Shown: positions 50,280-63,188 of the stretch, in pieces
Layout: every line of letters begins with the position of its first letter
Position numbering within the stretch: position 1 is the first letter of the stretch
Assembly: GCA_963975985.1 (NCBI GenBank)
Contig: CAXBIY010000003.1
Span: 129,539 to 193,538 of the forward strand
DNA: 64,000 nt
Origin: an uncultured Gammaproteobacteria bacterium
GTDB lineage: Bacteria > Pseudomonadota > Gammaproteobacteria > JABDGN01
Reading direction: 5' to 3'
Program-made: the position numbers and the translations under genes
The notes under the pieces: model-generated
Told to the model about the DNA's origin: nothing
Databases searched by the model: none
The model's input: only the letters and a program-made list of their open reading frames with translations

Positions 50280-50996
50280 ATGTCTTATTTATGTCTTAAA
50301 AATGTTCACCCCAGCTGGCAACCTCTGATTGAAACTGCGCTCGAACAGGTTGATGAAAGCTATCTAACAGAATTGCAACGCTCAGATTGGCTACCCGGGC
50401 CCAGCAATATTTTCAACGCCTTTTCATTACCCTTAGAAAACACGCGGTATATTTTATTCGGTGAGTCACCCTATCCTCGCGCACAATCGGCTAATGGCTA
50501 CGCTTTTTGGGATGCAGCCGTCACTGATTTATGGTCAAAGACAGGCTTATCCAAGCCCGTGAATCGTGCGACATCACTGCGTAACATCATGAAAGCGCTA
50601 TTAATCGCGAATGGCAATTTGAGCAAGGCTGATACCAGCCAACCAGCTATTGCGCAATTAGATAAATCTGACATGATTGTTGGCATCAACGAGTTGTTTG
50701 CAAATTTGTTATCGAAAGGTTTTTTGCTGCTTAACGCCTCCCCTGTCTTCCGTTCAGCCAAATTGGTCAAAGCTGACGGCAAAGCCTGGCTTAGGTTTAT
50801 ACAAGCCTTATTAGAGCAATTGCGTGACGAACCCATTCAATTAGTCTTATGGGGCAAAATCGCGCAAGTGATCGAAAAACTGCCCATTAGTCAGCATTTT
50901 TCATCAATTGTGGCTGAGCACCCGTATAATCTATCTTTTGTCACAAATCCTAAGATTTTAAATTTTCTTAACCCATTGAATTTATTAGAAAAATAA
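50280..50996 (+). CDS. Uracil-DNA glycosylase-superfamily protein with divergent UNG-like motifs
   Basis: 'ILFGESPYP' (cf. UNG GQDPYH), 'FLLLNASPV' (cf. UNG LLLNAVLTV), 'AEHPYNLSF' (cf. HPSPLS); the catalytic Asp/His positions are substituted. Confidence 0.45.
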   Translation: MSYLCLKNVHPSWQPLIETALEQVDESYLTELQRSDWLPGPSNIFNAFSLPLENTRYILFGESPYPRAQSANGYAFWDAAVTDLWSKTGLSKPVNRATSLRNIMKALLIANGNLSKADTSQPAIAQLDKSDMIVGINELFANLLSKGFLLLNASPVFRSAKLVKADGKAWLRFIQALLEQLRDEPIQLVLWGKIAQVIEKLPISQHFSSIVAEHPYNLSFVTNPKILNFLNPLNLLEK

Positions 50997-51014
50997 ATTA
51001 GTTTGCGTTTAAAC

Positions 51015-51042
51015 CTTAAGATTTCCTTAACATTTTATTAAC
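51015..51042 (+). promoter_or_regulatory. Three direct repeats CTTAAG / CTTAAC / ATTAAC at 11-bp spacing (candidate OmpR/PmrA-family response-regulator box)
   Basis: Hexamers at 51015, 51026 and 51037 upstream of the two-component operon; resembles PmrA/BasR-type YTTAAK-N5-YTTAAK sites. Confidence 0.4.
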
Positions 51043-51119
51043 AGTCTACAATTATAAGTAACAATATTGATGCAATCTATGGTTATTTATTGTACAGTGC
51101 TGTTTAAGAGGATAATGTT

Positions 51120-51830
51120 ATGAGAGTATTACTAGCAGAAGACGACCAATTATTGGGTGATGGCATCCAGAAAGGTTTAGGTGAGTTTCACCACGCAATC
51201 GATTGGGTGAAAGATGGCTTAGCGGCCAAGCAAGCCTTAGAGATGGAAAAGTTTGATCTCGTCATCCTGGATCTAGGTTTACCTAAAATGTCAGGCATGG
51301 AAGTGCTAAGAAGTATACGTAAAGCGGGCAACGAAATCCCCATTCTCATATTAACGGCTCGCGACAGTGTCGACGACCGTGTACAAGGCTTAGATGCCGG
51401 TGCCGATGACTATTTAGTCAAACCTTTTGATTTAGACGAATTAGCGGCTCGTGTTCGCGCCCTACACCGCCGACGTGCAGGAACGGTATCGAATGAAATT
51501 GCCCATAAAGGCATCACATTAAATCCAGCATCACACCAAGTAACATTGGATAAAGCGCCCGTTAGCTTGCCAAGACGCGAGTTTTCATTACTGCAAAAAC
51601 TATTGGAAAACCGTGGCCGCGTTGTATCACGCGATACCTTATTACAATCCCTCTATGGCTGGGAAGATGAGATTGACAGTAATACCCTAGAAGTCCATAT
51701 CCATAATTTACGCAAAAAATTTGGTACTGACTTAATTCGCACCATCCGTGGTGTTGGCTACATGATTGAGAAAGACGAAAACAAAGACGAAAACATTGAT
51801 ACAAGCGACGAAAACAACGATAATGGCTAG
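51120..51830 (+). CDS. OmpR-family response regulator (QseB/PmrA-like) with acidic C-terminal tail
   Basis: REC domain 'LLAEDDQLL...DLVILDLGLPKMSG', winged-helix C-terminus, extra 'EKDENKDENIDTSDENNDNG' tail. Confidence 0.85.
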   Translation: MRVLLAEDDQLLGDGIQKGLGEFHHAIDWVKDGLAAKQALEMEKFDLVILDLGLPKMSGMEVLRSIRKAGNEIPILILTARDSVDDRVQGLDAGADDYLVKPFDLDELAARVRALHRRRAGTVSNEIAHKGITLNPASHQVTLDKAPVSLPRREFSLLQKLLENRGRVVSRDTLLQSLYGWEDEIDSNTLEVHIHNLRKKFGTDLIRTIRGVGYMIEKDENKDENIDTSDENNDNG

Positions 51831-51832
51831 CT

Positions 51833-55266
<3,434 letters not shown>

Positions 55267-55278
55267 GGAATTTTTAAC

Positions 55279-56475
55279 ATGATGATTAAACCAAAAGTCC
55301 GTGGATTTATATGTACAACAGCTCACCCGGAAGGTTGCGCGACACATGTACAACAGCAAATTGATTATATGAAGCAGCATCCCATTTCAGAAGCTGGGCC
55401 TAAAAAGGTCTTAGTGATTGGTGCATCAACTGGTTACGGGCTTGCTAGCCGCATTACAGCCGCATTTGGCTATGGAGCACAAACCATCGGGGTATTCTTT
55501 GAGCGTGAAGCTTCAGACAAGCGTACGGCGACTGCTGGATGGTACAACACCGTTGCATTTGAGAACGCAGCTCATACCGAAGGACTTTATGCCAAGAGCA
55601 TTAATGGCGATGCTTTTTCTGACGAAATCAAACAACAAACTATCGACATGATTAAAACTGATTGGCAAGGCGAAGTCGACTTAGTGATTTACAGTCTAGC
55701 GTCGCCTCGCCGCACACATCCTAAAACTGGTGAAGTGTTTAACGCCGTATTAAAAACCATTGGCGAACCGTTCAGCGATAAAAATGTAAATGTGTTTTCA
55801 GGTGAAGTGAGCGACATTAACATTGGCCCTGCCAATGAAGAAGAGATTGCGAACACTGTTGCTGTGATGGGTGGCGAAGATTGGAAAATGTGGATTGATG
55901 CCTTAAGTGATGCCGGTGTGCTTGCCGATGGCGTAAAAACTGTAGCTTATAACTACATTGGTCCTGAAGTCACTTACCCCATTTACCACCAAGGTACGAT
56001 TGGTAATGCCAAAACTGATTTAGAAAACACGGCTAATAAGCTCGATAAGCAATTACAAGCTATGAATGGTCATGCTTATATTTCTGTGAATAAAGCCTTG
56101 GTCACACAAGCGAGCTCAGCTATTCCCGTTGTGCCACTTTATATTTCATTACTTTACAAAGTCATGAAAGAGAAAAAGATTCATGAAGGTTGTATTGAAC
56201 AAATGTGGCGTTTATTTAGCGATCGTTTGTATCACGGCGATCATGTCCCGGTTGACGACAAAGGCTTCATTCGCGTTGATGATTGGGAAATGCGTGATGA
56301 TGTGCAAGAAGCCGTTAAACAATTATGGCAGCAAGCAAACACTGACAACCTCATGTCAATATCCGATCTTGAAGGCTATCGTCACGAGTTTTATCGTTTG
56401 TTTGGTTTTGATTTAGATGGCATTGACTATGATGCTGATGTGGAACCTAACTTAGCGATAGCCTCTATCAAATAA
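55279..56475 (+). CDS. fabV: Trans-2-enoyl-CoA/ACP reductase FabV
   Basis: 'IKPKVRGFICTTAHPEGCATHVQQQIDY' FabV N-terminal signature. Confidence 0.85.
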   Translation: MMIKPKVRGFICTTAHPEGCATHVQQQIDYMKQHPISEAGPKKVLVIGASTGYGLASRITAAFGYGAQTIGVFFEREASDKRTATAGWYNTVAFENAAHTEGLYAKSINGDAFSDEIKQQTIDMIKTDWQGEVDLVIYSLASPRRTHPKTGEVFNAVLKTIGEPFSDKNVNVFSGEVSDINIGPANEEEIANTVAVMGGEDWKMWIDALSDAGVLADGVKTVAYNYIGPEVTYPIYHQGTIGNAKTDLENTANKLDKQLQAMNGHAYISVNKALVTQASSAIPVVPLYISLLYKVMKEKKIHEGCIEQMWRLFSDRLYHGDHVPVDDKGFIRVDDWEMRDDVQEAVKQLWQQANTDNLMSISDLEGYRHEFYRLFGFDLDGIDYDADVEPNLAIASIK

Positions 56476-56480
56476 CAGAC

Positions 56481-57377
56481 TTAAACCTTTTGCTTAGCGC
56501 GGTTCACAAGTACCGCGCCGACTAGCGCAATCAAACCACCCAACAATGCTATACCATGAGGCATTTCACCCATGATGATATAAGCCATGATAGTTGCAAT
56601 AATCGGTGAGGCATAAAGAAAACTACCTGCCTTGGCTGCAGGCATTTTAGAAAACCCATAACACCAACCCGCATAGGCTAATGCACCAGGGAAAATACCC
56701 ATATAAACTACAAACACATTCGTGCGCCAATGTGCATGGGGGATTTGGTGTAGCATTGATGGCCAGTAGAAAAACAAGGCTAACGTGCCGCCCCAAATAG
56801 CAAAGGTTGTGAATTCAATGGGGCTAAAACGTTTAAGCAAAGGCTTTTGTAACAATGCATAGCAAGCCCCCGCTATCGTGGCAATAATGGTGTATAGCAC
56901 ACCCATATCAAAATGCCCTTTATCACTTTCGCCCATCGCAATTAAGATAATACCGACTAGACTAATGACAAAACCGACATAGGCCATTTTACTTAAGTGC
57001 TCTTTGAAAATAAAAATAGCAGCAATAGCAATTAAAATAGGCATTTGCCCAACAATGAATCCGGCAATACCCGCCGTCACGGTTTGCTCGCCATAACCCA
57101 ATGCAATATTATAAATCGTAAAGCCTATCACCCCGCACAGCATCATCGAAATAAGCTCTCTCAATTTAGGTACTGTTTTATTTGGCACCCGCAAATAAAA
57201 CAGTAGCATCACCACCGAGGCAATCAAATAACGAAACAATGCCAAATCACCTGGAGCATAGTCACGTAAACAATAGCGGATCCCCACAAAGGCGGAGGCC
57301 CAAAATATAATGGTTAAAGTTAGAGCGGTGTAAGCTTTTCTATTAATTGTCATGCCCGCATCATACTGAATTTTCAC
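56481..57377 (-). CDS. DMT-superfamily (EamA-like) transporter
   Basis: 10 TMS in two EamA-like halves. Confidence 0.7.
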   Translation of the reverse strand: MKIQYDAGMTINRKAYTALTLTIIFWASAFVGIRYCLRDYAPGDLALFRYLIASVVMLLFYLRVPNKTVPKLRELISMMLCGVIGFTIYNIALGYGEQTVTAGIAGFIVGQMPILIAIAAIFIFKEHLSKMAYVGFVISLVGIILIAMGESDKGHFDMGVLYTIIATIAGACYALLQKPLLKRFSPIEFTTFAIWGGTLALFFYWPSMLHQIPHAHWRTNVFVVYMGIFPGALAYAGWCYGFSKMPAAKAGSFLYASPIIATIMAYIIMGEMPHGIALLGGLIALVGAVLVNRAKQKV

Positions 57378-57411
57378 TGAACAATCAGCTACTTTATGTT
57401 AAATTATCACC

Positions 57412-58833
57412 ATGAATCATTTAGTTTGGCTGCGAGAAGACTTGCGCACGGAAGATAACCACGCTTTACACCACGCCAGTCAACAAGGCCATGCTGTTAT
57501 TGCCGCCTACGTCATTGACACGAAGATGTGGCAAAAGCATCATATAGCGGCTTGTCAGGTTGAATTTATTTTACGTGCTTTGAAGAATCTATCGGTTGAC
57601 CTAGAGCGACTGAACATCTCATTGAAAATTATTCAGGCAAAAGGTACTCAGGCCGCTGCAAATGCTCTGCATCAATTAGCGACACAACATGACTGCACGC
57701 AATTATTTTTTAACAAGCAATATGAAGTTAATGAAAAAAAACGTGATGCTGTGATTACGGATTATTTTCAACAGCGACATATCAGCGTTAACAGTTATGA
57801 TGACCAAGTCATATTTTCACCTGGAACCATACTCACCAACAACAACACGCCTTATACCGTTTTTACGCCTTTCAAGAAAAAGTGGTACGAAGCTTACCGT
57901 AATACTAAAATCAGCCTGTTACCCCAGCCTAACAAGCAGAAAACATTAGTCGCTGCGCCTGATGATGTGCCGGATAGTATTGCTGGATTTCACTCCACTA
58001 TCGATCAAAATAATTGGCCTGCTTCAGAGGCTCAAGCGCTGGGATCACTAGATGAATTCATCGAGCAAAAAATCACAGCATATAAAGAAGATCGTGACAT
58101 TCCTTCTGTTAATGGCACTAGTCGTATTTCAGTTTATCTTGCAACGGGATTGCTGTCGGCTCATCAATGTATTAAGAGAGCCTTATCGGTCAACAAGCAT
58201 CAGCTAGATAGCGGCAATCCGGGTATTACAACTTGGATAAGTGAGATCATTTGGCGCGAGTTTTACAAGCATATCCTTTACCATTTTCCGCGTGTAAGCC
58301 AACATCAACCGTTTCAATTAAAAACAAAAAGATTACAATGGATGCAAAACGAGGTTCACTTTCAAGCCTGGTGCAAAGGACAAACAGGCATACCGATTGT
58401 AGATGCTGCCATGCGCCAACTGAATCAAACCGGCTGGATGCATAATCGTTGCCGCATGATTGTCGCCATGTTTTTAACTAAGAACCTATTCCTCGACTGG
58501 CGTTTGGGTGAACAATATTTTATGCAGCATTTGATTGATGGCGATTTAGCAGCAAATAACGGCGGCTGGCAATGGAGCGCTTCCACTGGTACTGACGCTG
58601 CACCCTACTTCCGTATATTTAACCCCGTTTCACAAAGCGAGCGCTTTGACCCTGATGGTGACTATATCCGTCAATACTGCCCAGAATTGGCTGATATCGA
58701 TAACAAATCTATCCATGATCCACATAACCGCCTGCCTGATTTACTGGCTGGCATGCTTGATTATCCTAAACCTATTGTCGATTTAAAAACAACCCGAAAA
58801 GCTGCTATCGAAGCCTTTAAAGAATTAGGGTAA
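57412..58833 (+). CDS. phrB: Deoxyribodipyrimidine photolyase
   Basis: 'LVWLREDLRTEDNHAL' N-terminus and the C-terminal FAD-binding 'WREFY...GWMHNRCRM...DGDLAANNGGWQW' block. Confidence 0.85.
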   Translation: MNHLVWLREDLRTEDNHALHHASQQGHAVIAAYVIDTKMWQKHHIAACQVEFILRALKNLSVDLERLNISLKIIQAKGTQAAANALHQLATQHDCTQLFFNKQYEVNEKKRDAVITDYFQQRHISVNSYDDQVIFSPGTILTNNNTPYTVFTPFKKKWYEAYRNTKISLLPQPNKQKTLVAAPDDVPDSIAGFHSTIDQNNWPASEAQALGSLDEFIEQKITAYKEDRDIPSVNGTSRISVYLATGLLSAHQCIKRALSVNKHQLDSGNPGITTWISEIIWREFYKHILYHFPRVSQHQPFQLKTKRLQWMQNEVHFQAWCKGQTGIPIVDAAMRQLNQTGWMHNRCRMIVAMFLTKNLFLDWRLGEQYFMQHLIDGDLAANNGGWQWSASTGTDAAPYFRIFNPVSQSERFDPDGDYIRQYCPELADIDNKSIHDPHNRLPDLLAGMLDYPKPIVDLKTTRKAAIEAFKELG

Positions 58834-58843
58834 AATATCGCCC

Positions 58844-59854
58844 ATGCGAAATATATCTCCCTCAGAACACGACCTAAAGCAAGATGGCAAAACCGCTATT
58901 TTATTGACCAACCTTGGCACGCCTAGCGCACCCACACATAAAGCGTTGCGAAAATATTTAAAACAATTTTTATGGGATAAGCGTGTGGTTGAAGTACCAC
59001 GCCCGATTTGGTGGATGATTCTAAATCTTTTCATTTTGCCTCTACGCCCGTTTATCATCGCTAAAAAATATCGTGATATTTGGACTGAACAAGGCTCTCC
59101 CTTATTGCTTCACACCCAAACTCAAGCTAAAAAATTACAGGCATTAATGGGATCTGATCAGGTGATCATCGAATACGCTATGCGTTATGGCGAACCATCC
59201 ATTGATTCAGCCATGGAACGTTTGCGTAAACAATCTATCCGCAAATTGATTGTATTACCGCTATATCCTCAATACGCCGCATCAACCATCGCCTCAACAT
59301 TTGATGCTGTAGCAAAAGAATTAAACCAATGGCGCTTTTTGCCTCAGATAACATTTATTTCAGGGTACACGGATTTTCCTCCCTATATTGAAGCCATCGC
59401 CAATAGCATTCAACAACATTGGCAAGAACATGGAAAAGCTGAAAAGCTATTATTATCATTCCATGGTTTACCCAAACGTAATTTAGAACTGGGTGACCCT
59501 TACTATTGCTTTTGCCATAAAACATCGAGATTGATCGCTGAAAAACTCGAACTCAATCAAAATGATTGGGAAATGGTATTTCAATCACGCTTTGGCAAAG
59601 CCGAGTGGCTACAACCTTATTGTGAACAAACGCTCATTGAGTTTGCAGAAACTGGCATCAAAACAGTTGACGTTATTTGCCCTGGATTTGCAGCAGATTG
59701 TTTAGAAACACTAGAAGAAATATCTGAAACATATGCTGAGGTTTTTCGTCAACATGGTGGCGTCAAACTACGCTATATTCCCGCATTAAATGCTAGCGAT
59801 GAACATATTGCTATGCTACAACAACTATTACAACAACACATGGAAACATTATGA
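58844..59854 (+). CDS. hemH: Ferrochelatase HemH
   Basis: 'AILLTNLGTPSAPT' N-terminal motif and full-length collinearity. Confidence 0.85.
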   Translation: MRNISPSEHDLKQDGKTAILLTNLGTPSAPTHKALRKYLKQFLWDKRVVEVPRPIWWMILNLFILPLRPFIIAKKYRDIWTEQGSPLLLHTQTQAKKLQALMGSDQVIIEYAMRYGEPSIDSAMERLRKQSIRKLIVLPLYPQYAASTIASTFDAVAKELNQWRFLPQITFISGYTDFPPYIEAIANSIQQHWQEHGKAEKLLLSFHGLPKRNLELGDPYYCFCHKTSRLIAEKLELNQNDWEMVFQSRFGKAEWLQPYCEQTLIEFAETGIKTVDVICPGFAADCLETLEEISETYAEVFRQHGGVKLRYIPALNASDEHIAMLQQLLQQHMETL

Positions 59855-60279
59855 TTTTAAATGGCCAGAAAGTATCGATTCGCTATACCATCAAAGATGA
59901 AGAAGGTTATATCGCCGCTAACAATCTTGATGACAAAGATCCGCAAGATTTTTATATGGGCCGTGGGCAAATGTTAGAAGCCGTCGAAGAAGCCATTCGC
60001 GAAATGGAAGTCGGTGAAGAAAAACTCATTCATCTTGATGTGGAGCAAGCCTTTGGCCCCGTCGATGCTGATTTACTTAAATCAGGATTGCTGCATAAAA
60101 TCCCTGAAAAACACCGTAAAATCGGTAATATTGTGGATATGGAAGATCATGAAAACAATGTCATTAGCGCACGTATTCATGACATTCAAGATTCACATGT
60201 GTTTTTAGATTTTAACCATCCACTGGCTGGTCAAAAAATTTCGTTTGATATTAAATTAATAGCCATTACTGACGACTAA
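59851..60279 (+). CDS. FKBP-type peptidyl-prolyl isomerase (SlpA/SlyD-like)
   Basis: 'KVSIRYTIKDEEGYI...FYMGRGQMLEAVEEAI' matches the SlyD-like FKBP pattern; start overlaps the hemH stop. Confidence 0.6.
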   Translation: MILNGQKVSIRYTIKDEEGYIAANNLDDKDPQDFYMGRGQMLEAVEEAIREMEVGEEKLIHLDVEQAFGPVDADLLKSGLLHKIPEKHRKIGNIVDMEDHENNVISARIHDIQDSHVFLDFNHPLAGQKISFDIKLIAITDD

Positions 60280-60284
60280 CATTC

Positions 60285-60917
60285 ATGGAATTAACGTACT
60301 TATTATTAAAAGCCTTTCTTGTTGGCTTTATCATTGCTGTGCCTATCGGTTCAGTTGGTATTTTATGTATTAACCGTGCATTACACCATGGGTTTAAACC
60401 CGCATTCATTACTGGACTGGGTGCTGCTATTGGCGACACACTATTTGGCGCCCTAGCCGCATTCGGTTTAACCACTGTCGCCCAAGTGATTACGACTGAA
60501 CAAATCTGGATACGAGTTGTCGGTGGATTAATTATTATTTACGCTGGATATAAAACTTTTAATCAAAAATCACTACACCGTCGCCCTCATATGCCGCATA
60601 ACCGCTATACCAGCAATCTATTAAGCAGTATCGCCATGACCATCACCAATCCGATTACTATTTTTGCATTCATTGCTATTTTTGCAGCCGTCGGTTTAGG
60701 TTCGCAAAAACTCAGCTACGACACGACTGCTTTTATCGTCCTCGCTATCTTTACTGGCTCACTGACCTGGTGGTTTAGCTTGAGTTTTGGTATGAGTTTC
60801 TTGCGCGGCAAATTCACTAACAACACCTTAGTATGGATCAACAAAATTTCCGCCATCATATTACTGCTGTTTGGTTTGGTTGCCATCGTTGCAGGCTTAC
60901 AAAAACTTTGGGGCTAG
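60285..60917 (+). CDS. LysE/RhtB-family amino-acid exporter
   Basis: 6 TMS; 'GFIIAVPIGSVGILCINRAL' N-terminal LysE motif. Confidence 0.75.
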   Translation: MELTYLLLKAFLVGFIIAVPIGSVGILCINRALHHGFKPAFITGLGAAIGDTLFGALAAFGLTTVAQVITTEQIWIRVVGGLIIIYAGYKTFNQKSLHRRPHMPHNRYTSNLLSSIAMTITNPITIFAFIAIFAAVGLGSQKLSYDTTAFIVLAIFTGSLTWWFSLSFGMSFLRGKFTNNTLVWINKISAIILLLFGLVAIVAGLQKLWG

Positions 60918-61327
60918 CCTTTGTAACCAGCGGATAATTGACCGAGACATTGCCGGGCATTCACCACTTCTAGCCAATAAAGGATAAACAATATCAGCGC
61001 CACAATGCCGATGAAGAATCCCATTTTGCCAAAAAATGCTGCTAGCGTCACGATAATCACATAAGCCAATCCAATAGCGAATAATTTATTAGCCGAACGC
61101 AACGCAGCACTATTCTGAGGTAAATGATGTTTGATGGCGTTAGGTATACCAAATGGCAACATCATCCATTCAAATACTAATCCCAATACAGGTATCAAAA
61201 TTAACCAAGCAAACCAACTGGGAAAAACATGGCTACGCTTAGGAATCAGCGCTAAGGTTTTGCTCAGCGATGAACAAAAGAAAATATTGACAACTAAAAC
61301 ACCAAGTAATATAAAAATAGCGAGCAT
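60914..61327 (-). CDS. Hypothetical integral membrane protein (137 aa, 4 TM)
   Basis: Hydrophobic helices only. Confidence 0.4.
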   Translation of the reverse strand: MLAIFILLGVLVVNIFFCSSLSKTLALIPKRSHVFPSWFAWLILIPVLGLVFEWMMLPFGIPNAIKHHLPQNSAALRSANKLFAIGLAYVIIVTLAAFFGKMGFFIGIVALILFILYWLEVVNARQCLGQLSAGYKG

Positions 61328-61412
61328 ATGTGCATCTCCTCATAAGCGCGATTACGTTAGCATAATTAATATAGCTGGCGCAAGTGCCCACTTGAGTCAT
61401 CATATTGCCCAT

Positions 61413-61442
61413 AAAAAAACCGCTTGGTGGGATACCAAGCGG
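61413..61442 (-). terminator. Rho-independent terminator (stem ccgcttggt/accaagcgg plus U7 on the minus strand)
   Basis: Perfect 9-bp stem with 5-nt loop followed by T7 on the minus strand, downstream of the lexA transcription unit. Confidence 0.55.
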
Positions 61443-61575
61443 TTATGGAATAGAAACTGCCTAACCTTCGGGATTAAACACACACATAACTATGCACAGA
61501 ATGAAGGAGACTAGTACATAATTTCCCGAAGGCGGCAGCTAGAGAGAGACGGTTTTTAATTCGGTCTTACTTGCG

Positions 61576-61698
61576 GCTAGCCATCGCTGCAGTTTTCGCT
61601 AATCGTAATACAGATTGCATCATCATATGCGTATTGTCGATAGCAGTTTTGTCCAACGCATTTTTGCGTGCTTTTAAGTTTGCGTAACGTGCGGTCAT
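61576..61698 (-). CDS. Candidate small ORF (40 aa) 15 nt downstream of lexA
   Basis: GGAGAG RBS 6 nt before the ATG; product MTARYANLKARKNALDKTAIDNTHMMDAICLTISENCSDG; speculative. Confidence 0.25.
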
Positions 61699-61713
61699 AG
61701 GTCTCTCCTTTTT

Positions 61714-62352
61714 TTACGCGGCTTGCGCGGCTTGGCGTAAATTGCCCAAGCGTAACAAACCAAGATAAACACCTTGAATTTCGACATTAGCAGCGTCGTA
61801 TTCTTGAGGTGCATGGCTTGGGTTAGATGGAATCAAGATAACTTTACCGTTTTCCGTATCCCTCATCACCCGTTTCAAAGTCGCTTCATCGCGATTAACG
61901 ATAACAACAGCAATTTGCCCTCTTTTCGCATCATGTGTGCGTTGGCAAACCACTAAATCTCCATCGCAGATATTGTCGCCCAGCATAGAGTCACCTTTGA
62001 CTTCTAGCATGTAGCGATCTTGTCCGCTTAAAATATCATTCACATTAACGTGCTCTTGTTCACGTTGAGCAATCGTTTCAATCGGCTGACCTGCAGCAAT
62101 GCGACCCACGAGTGGTAACAATTCATCTTCAAAGGTTTCATTCAAACGAATGTTACGACGCCGGTTAGGTAAAAGGCTGATTAAACCTTCAGTCGAAATA
62201 GCTTGTAAATTACGGTGAACAGCACTACGTGATTTTAAACCCAAGCCTTTTGTGATTTCAGCAGTCGTCGGAGCGTAGCCTTCATCTTTAATAAAGTGCT
62301 TAATAAAATCGTACGTTTGATATTGGCTTTCCGTTAAATTGACCGTGGTCAT
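61714..62352 (-). CDS. lexA: LexA repressor (S24 peptidase)
   Basis: N-terminal wHTH, cleavage-site region 'VGRIAAGQPI', Ser-Lys dyad 'GDSM ... KRV'. Confidence 0.85.
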   Translation of the reverse strand: MTTVNLTESQYQTYDFIKHFIKDEGYAPTTAEITKGLGLKSRSAVHRNLQAISTEGLISLLPNRRRNIRLNETFEDELLPLVGRIAAGQPIETIAQREQEHVNVNDILSGQDRYMLEVKGDSMLGDNICDGDLVVCQRTHDAKRGQIAVVIVNRDEATLKRVMRDTENGKVILIPSNPSHAPQEYDAANVEIQGVYLGLLRLGNLRQAAQAA

Positions 62353-62531
62353 CGGTGCGTTCCCTTTTTGTCCCTACTTGCAATCAGTATAGGGCACAAA
62401 CTGCGAACAGTCAACCCCTAGTATTCATGGGGCTTTTGGAAGCTTTGTTCCCCTTATGTTTCTTTTGTCGCAGTTTGTCCCCCTGCCTGAATGCTGTTAT
62501 ACTGTTTGCTCTCATAGGGACACACACAAAC

Positions 62532-63188
62532 ATGATGCACTTCAATTTAATCCAACGTATTATTCTCTGGGCTATTCCTGTTATCTTTGCCGTTACGGTC
62601 CATGAAGTGGCTCACGGCTGGGTAGCGAATAAGCTAGGGGATCCAACAGCTAAGATGCTTGGTCGATTGACCTTAAATCCCATCAAGCATATTGACCCGC
62701 TCGGCACGATTATTATTCCTGCCCTGATGCTCGCCATGACGAGCTTTGTATTTGGTTGGGCCAAACCCGTCCCCATTACTTATCGCAACCTTCGCAACCC
62801 GCGTCGAGATATGGCATTAGTTGCCCTCGCTGGGCCTGTGTCAAATTTGATCATGGCATTAATCTGGGCAGCTATTGCTAAAGCAGGTGTTTTGCTTGGC
62901 GGCACCAGCACCACAAGCGTCGCCATCTACTATATGGGCTTTGCTGGCATCCTAATTAATCTGATGCTAATGGTCTTGAACCTTATCCCCATTCCTCCAT
63001 TAGATGGCAGCCGAGTCGTCGCCAGTTTTCTCAAAGGGAAAGCCGCTTACACCTATAGCCGTATCGAGCCATTTGGTTTCTTCATTCTATTGGGTTTATT
63101 AGCCTTAGGCGCAATAGGCGGTATTATGCAACCCATCATCGGTGGCTTGCTGCGCATGATTGCTAACTTATTTGGATTAGGCATATGA
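62532..63188 (+). CDS. Site-2-protease-family (M50-like) membrane zinc metalloprotease
   Basis: 'VHEVAHGW' HExxH in the first TM region; multi-TM; start taken at MMHFNL (ORF track 62355 seems too far upstream). Confidence 0.65.
   Translation: MMHFNLIQRIILWAIPVIFAVTVHEVAHGWVANKLGDPTAKMLGRLTLNPIKHIDPLGTIIIPALMLAMTSFVFGWAKPVPITYRNLRNPRRDMALVALAGPVSNLIMALIWAAIAKAGVLLGGTSTTSVAIYYMGFAGILINLMLMVLNLIPIPPLDGSRVVASFLKGKAAYTYSRIEPFGFFILLGLLALGAIGGIMQPIIGGLLRMIANLFGLGI

Noticed and set aside
56501-56523. Hairpin gcgcggt-tcacaagt-accgcgc just after the fabV stop as a terminator
   Set aside because: Lies within the 3' coding end of the convergent DMT gene and lacks a T-run; may aid termination, but evidence is weak.
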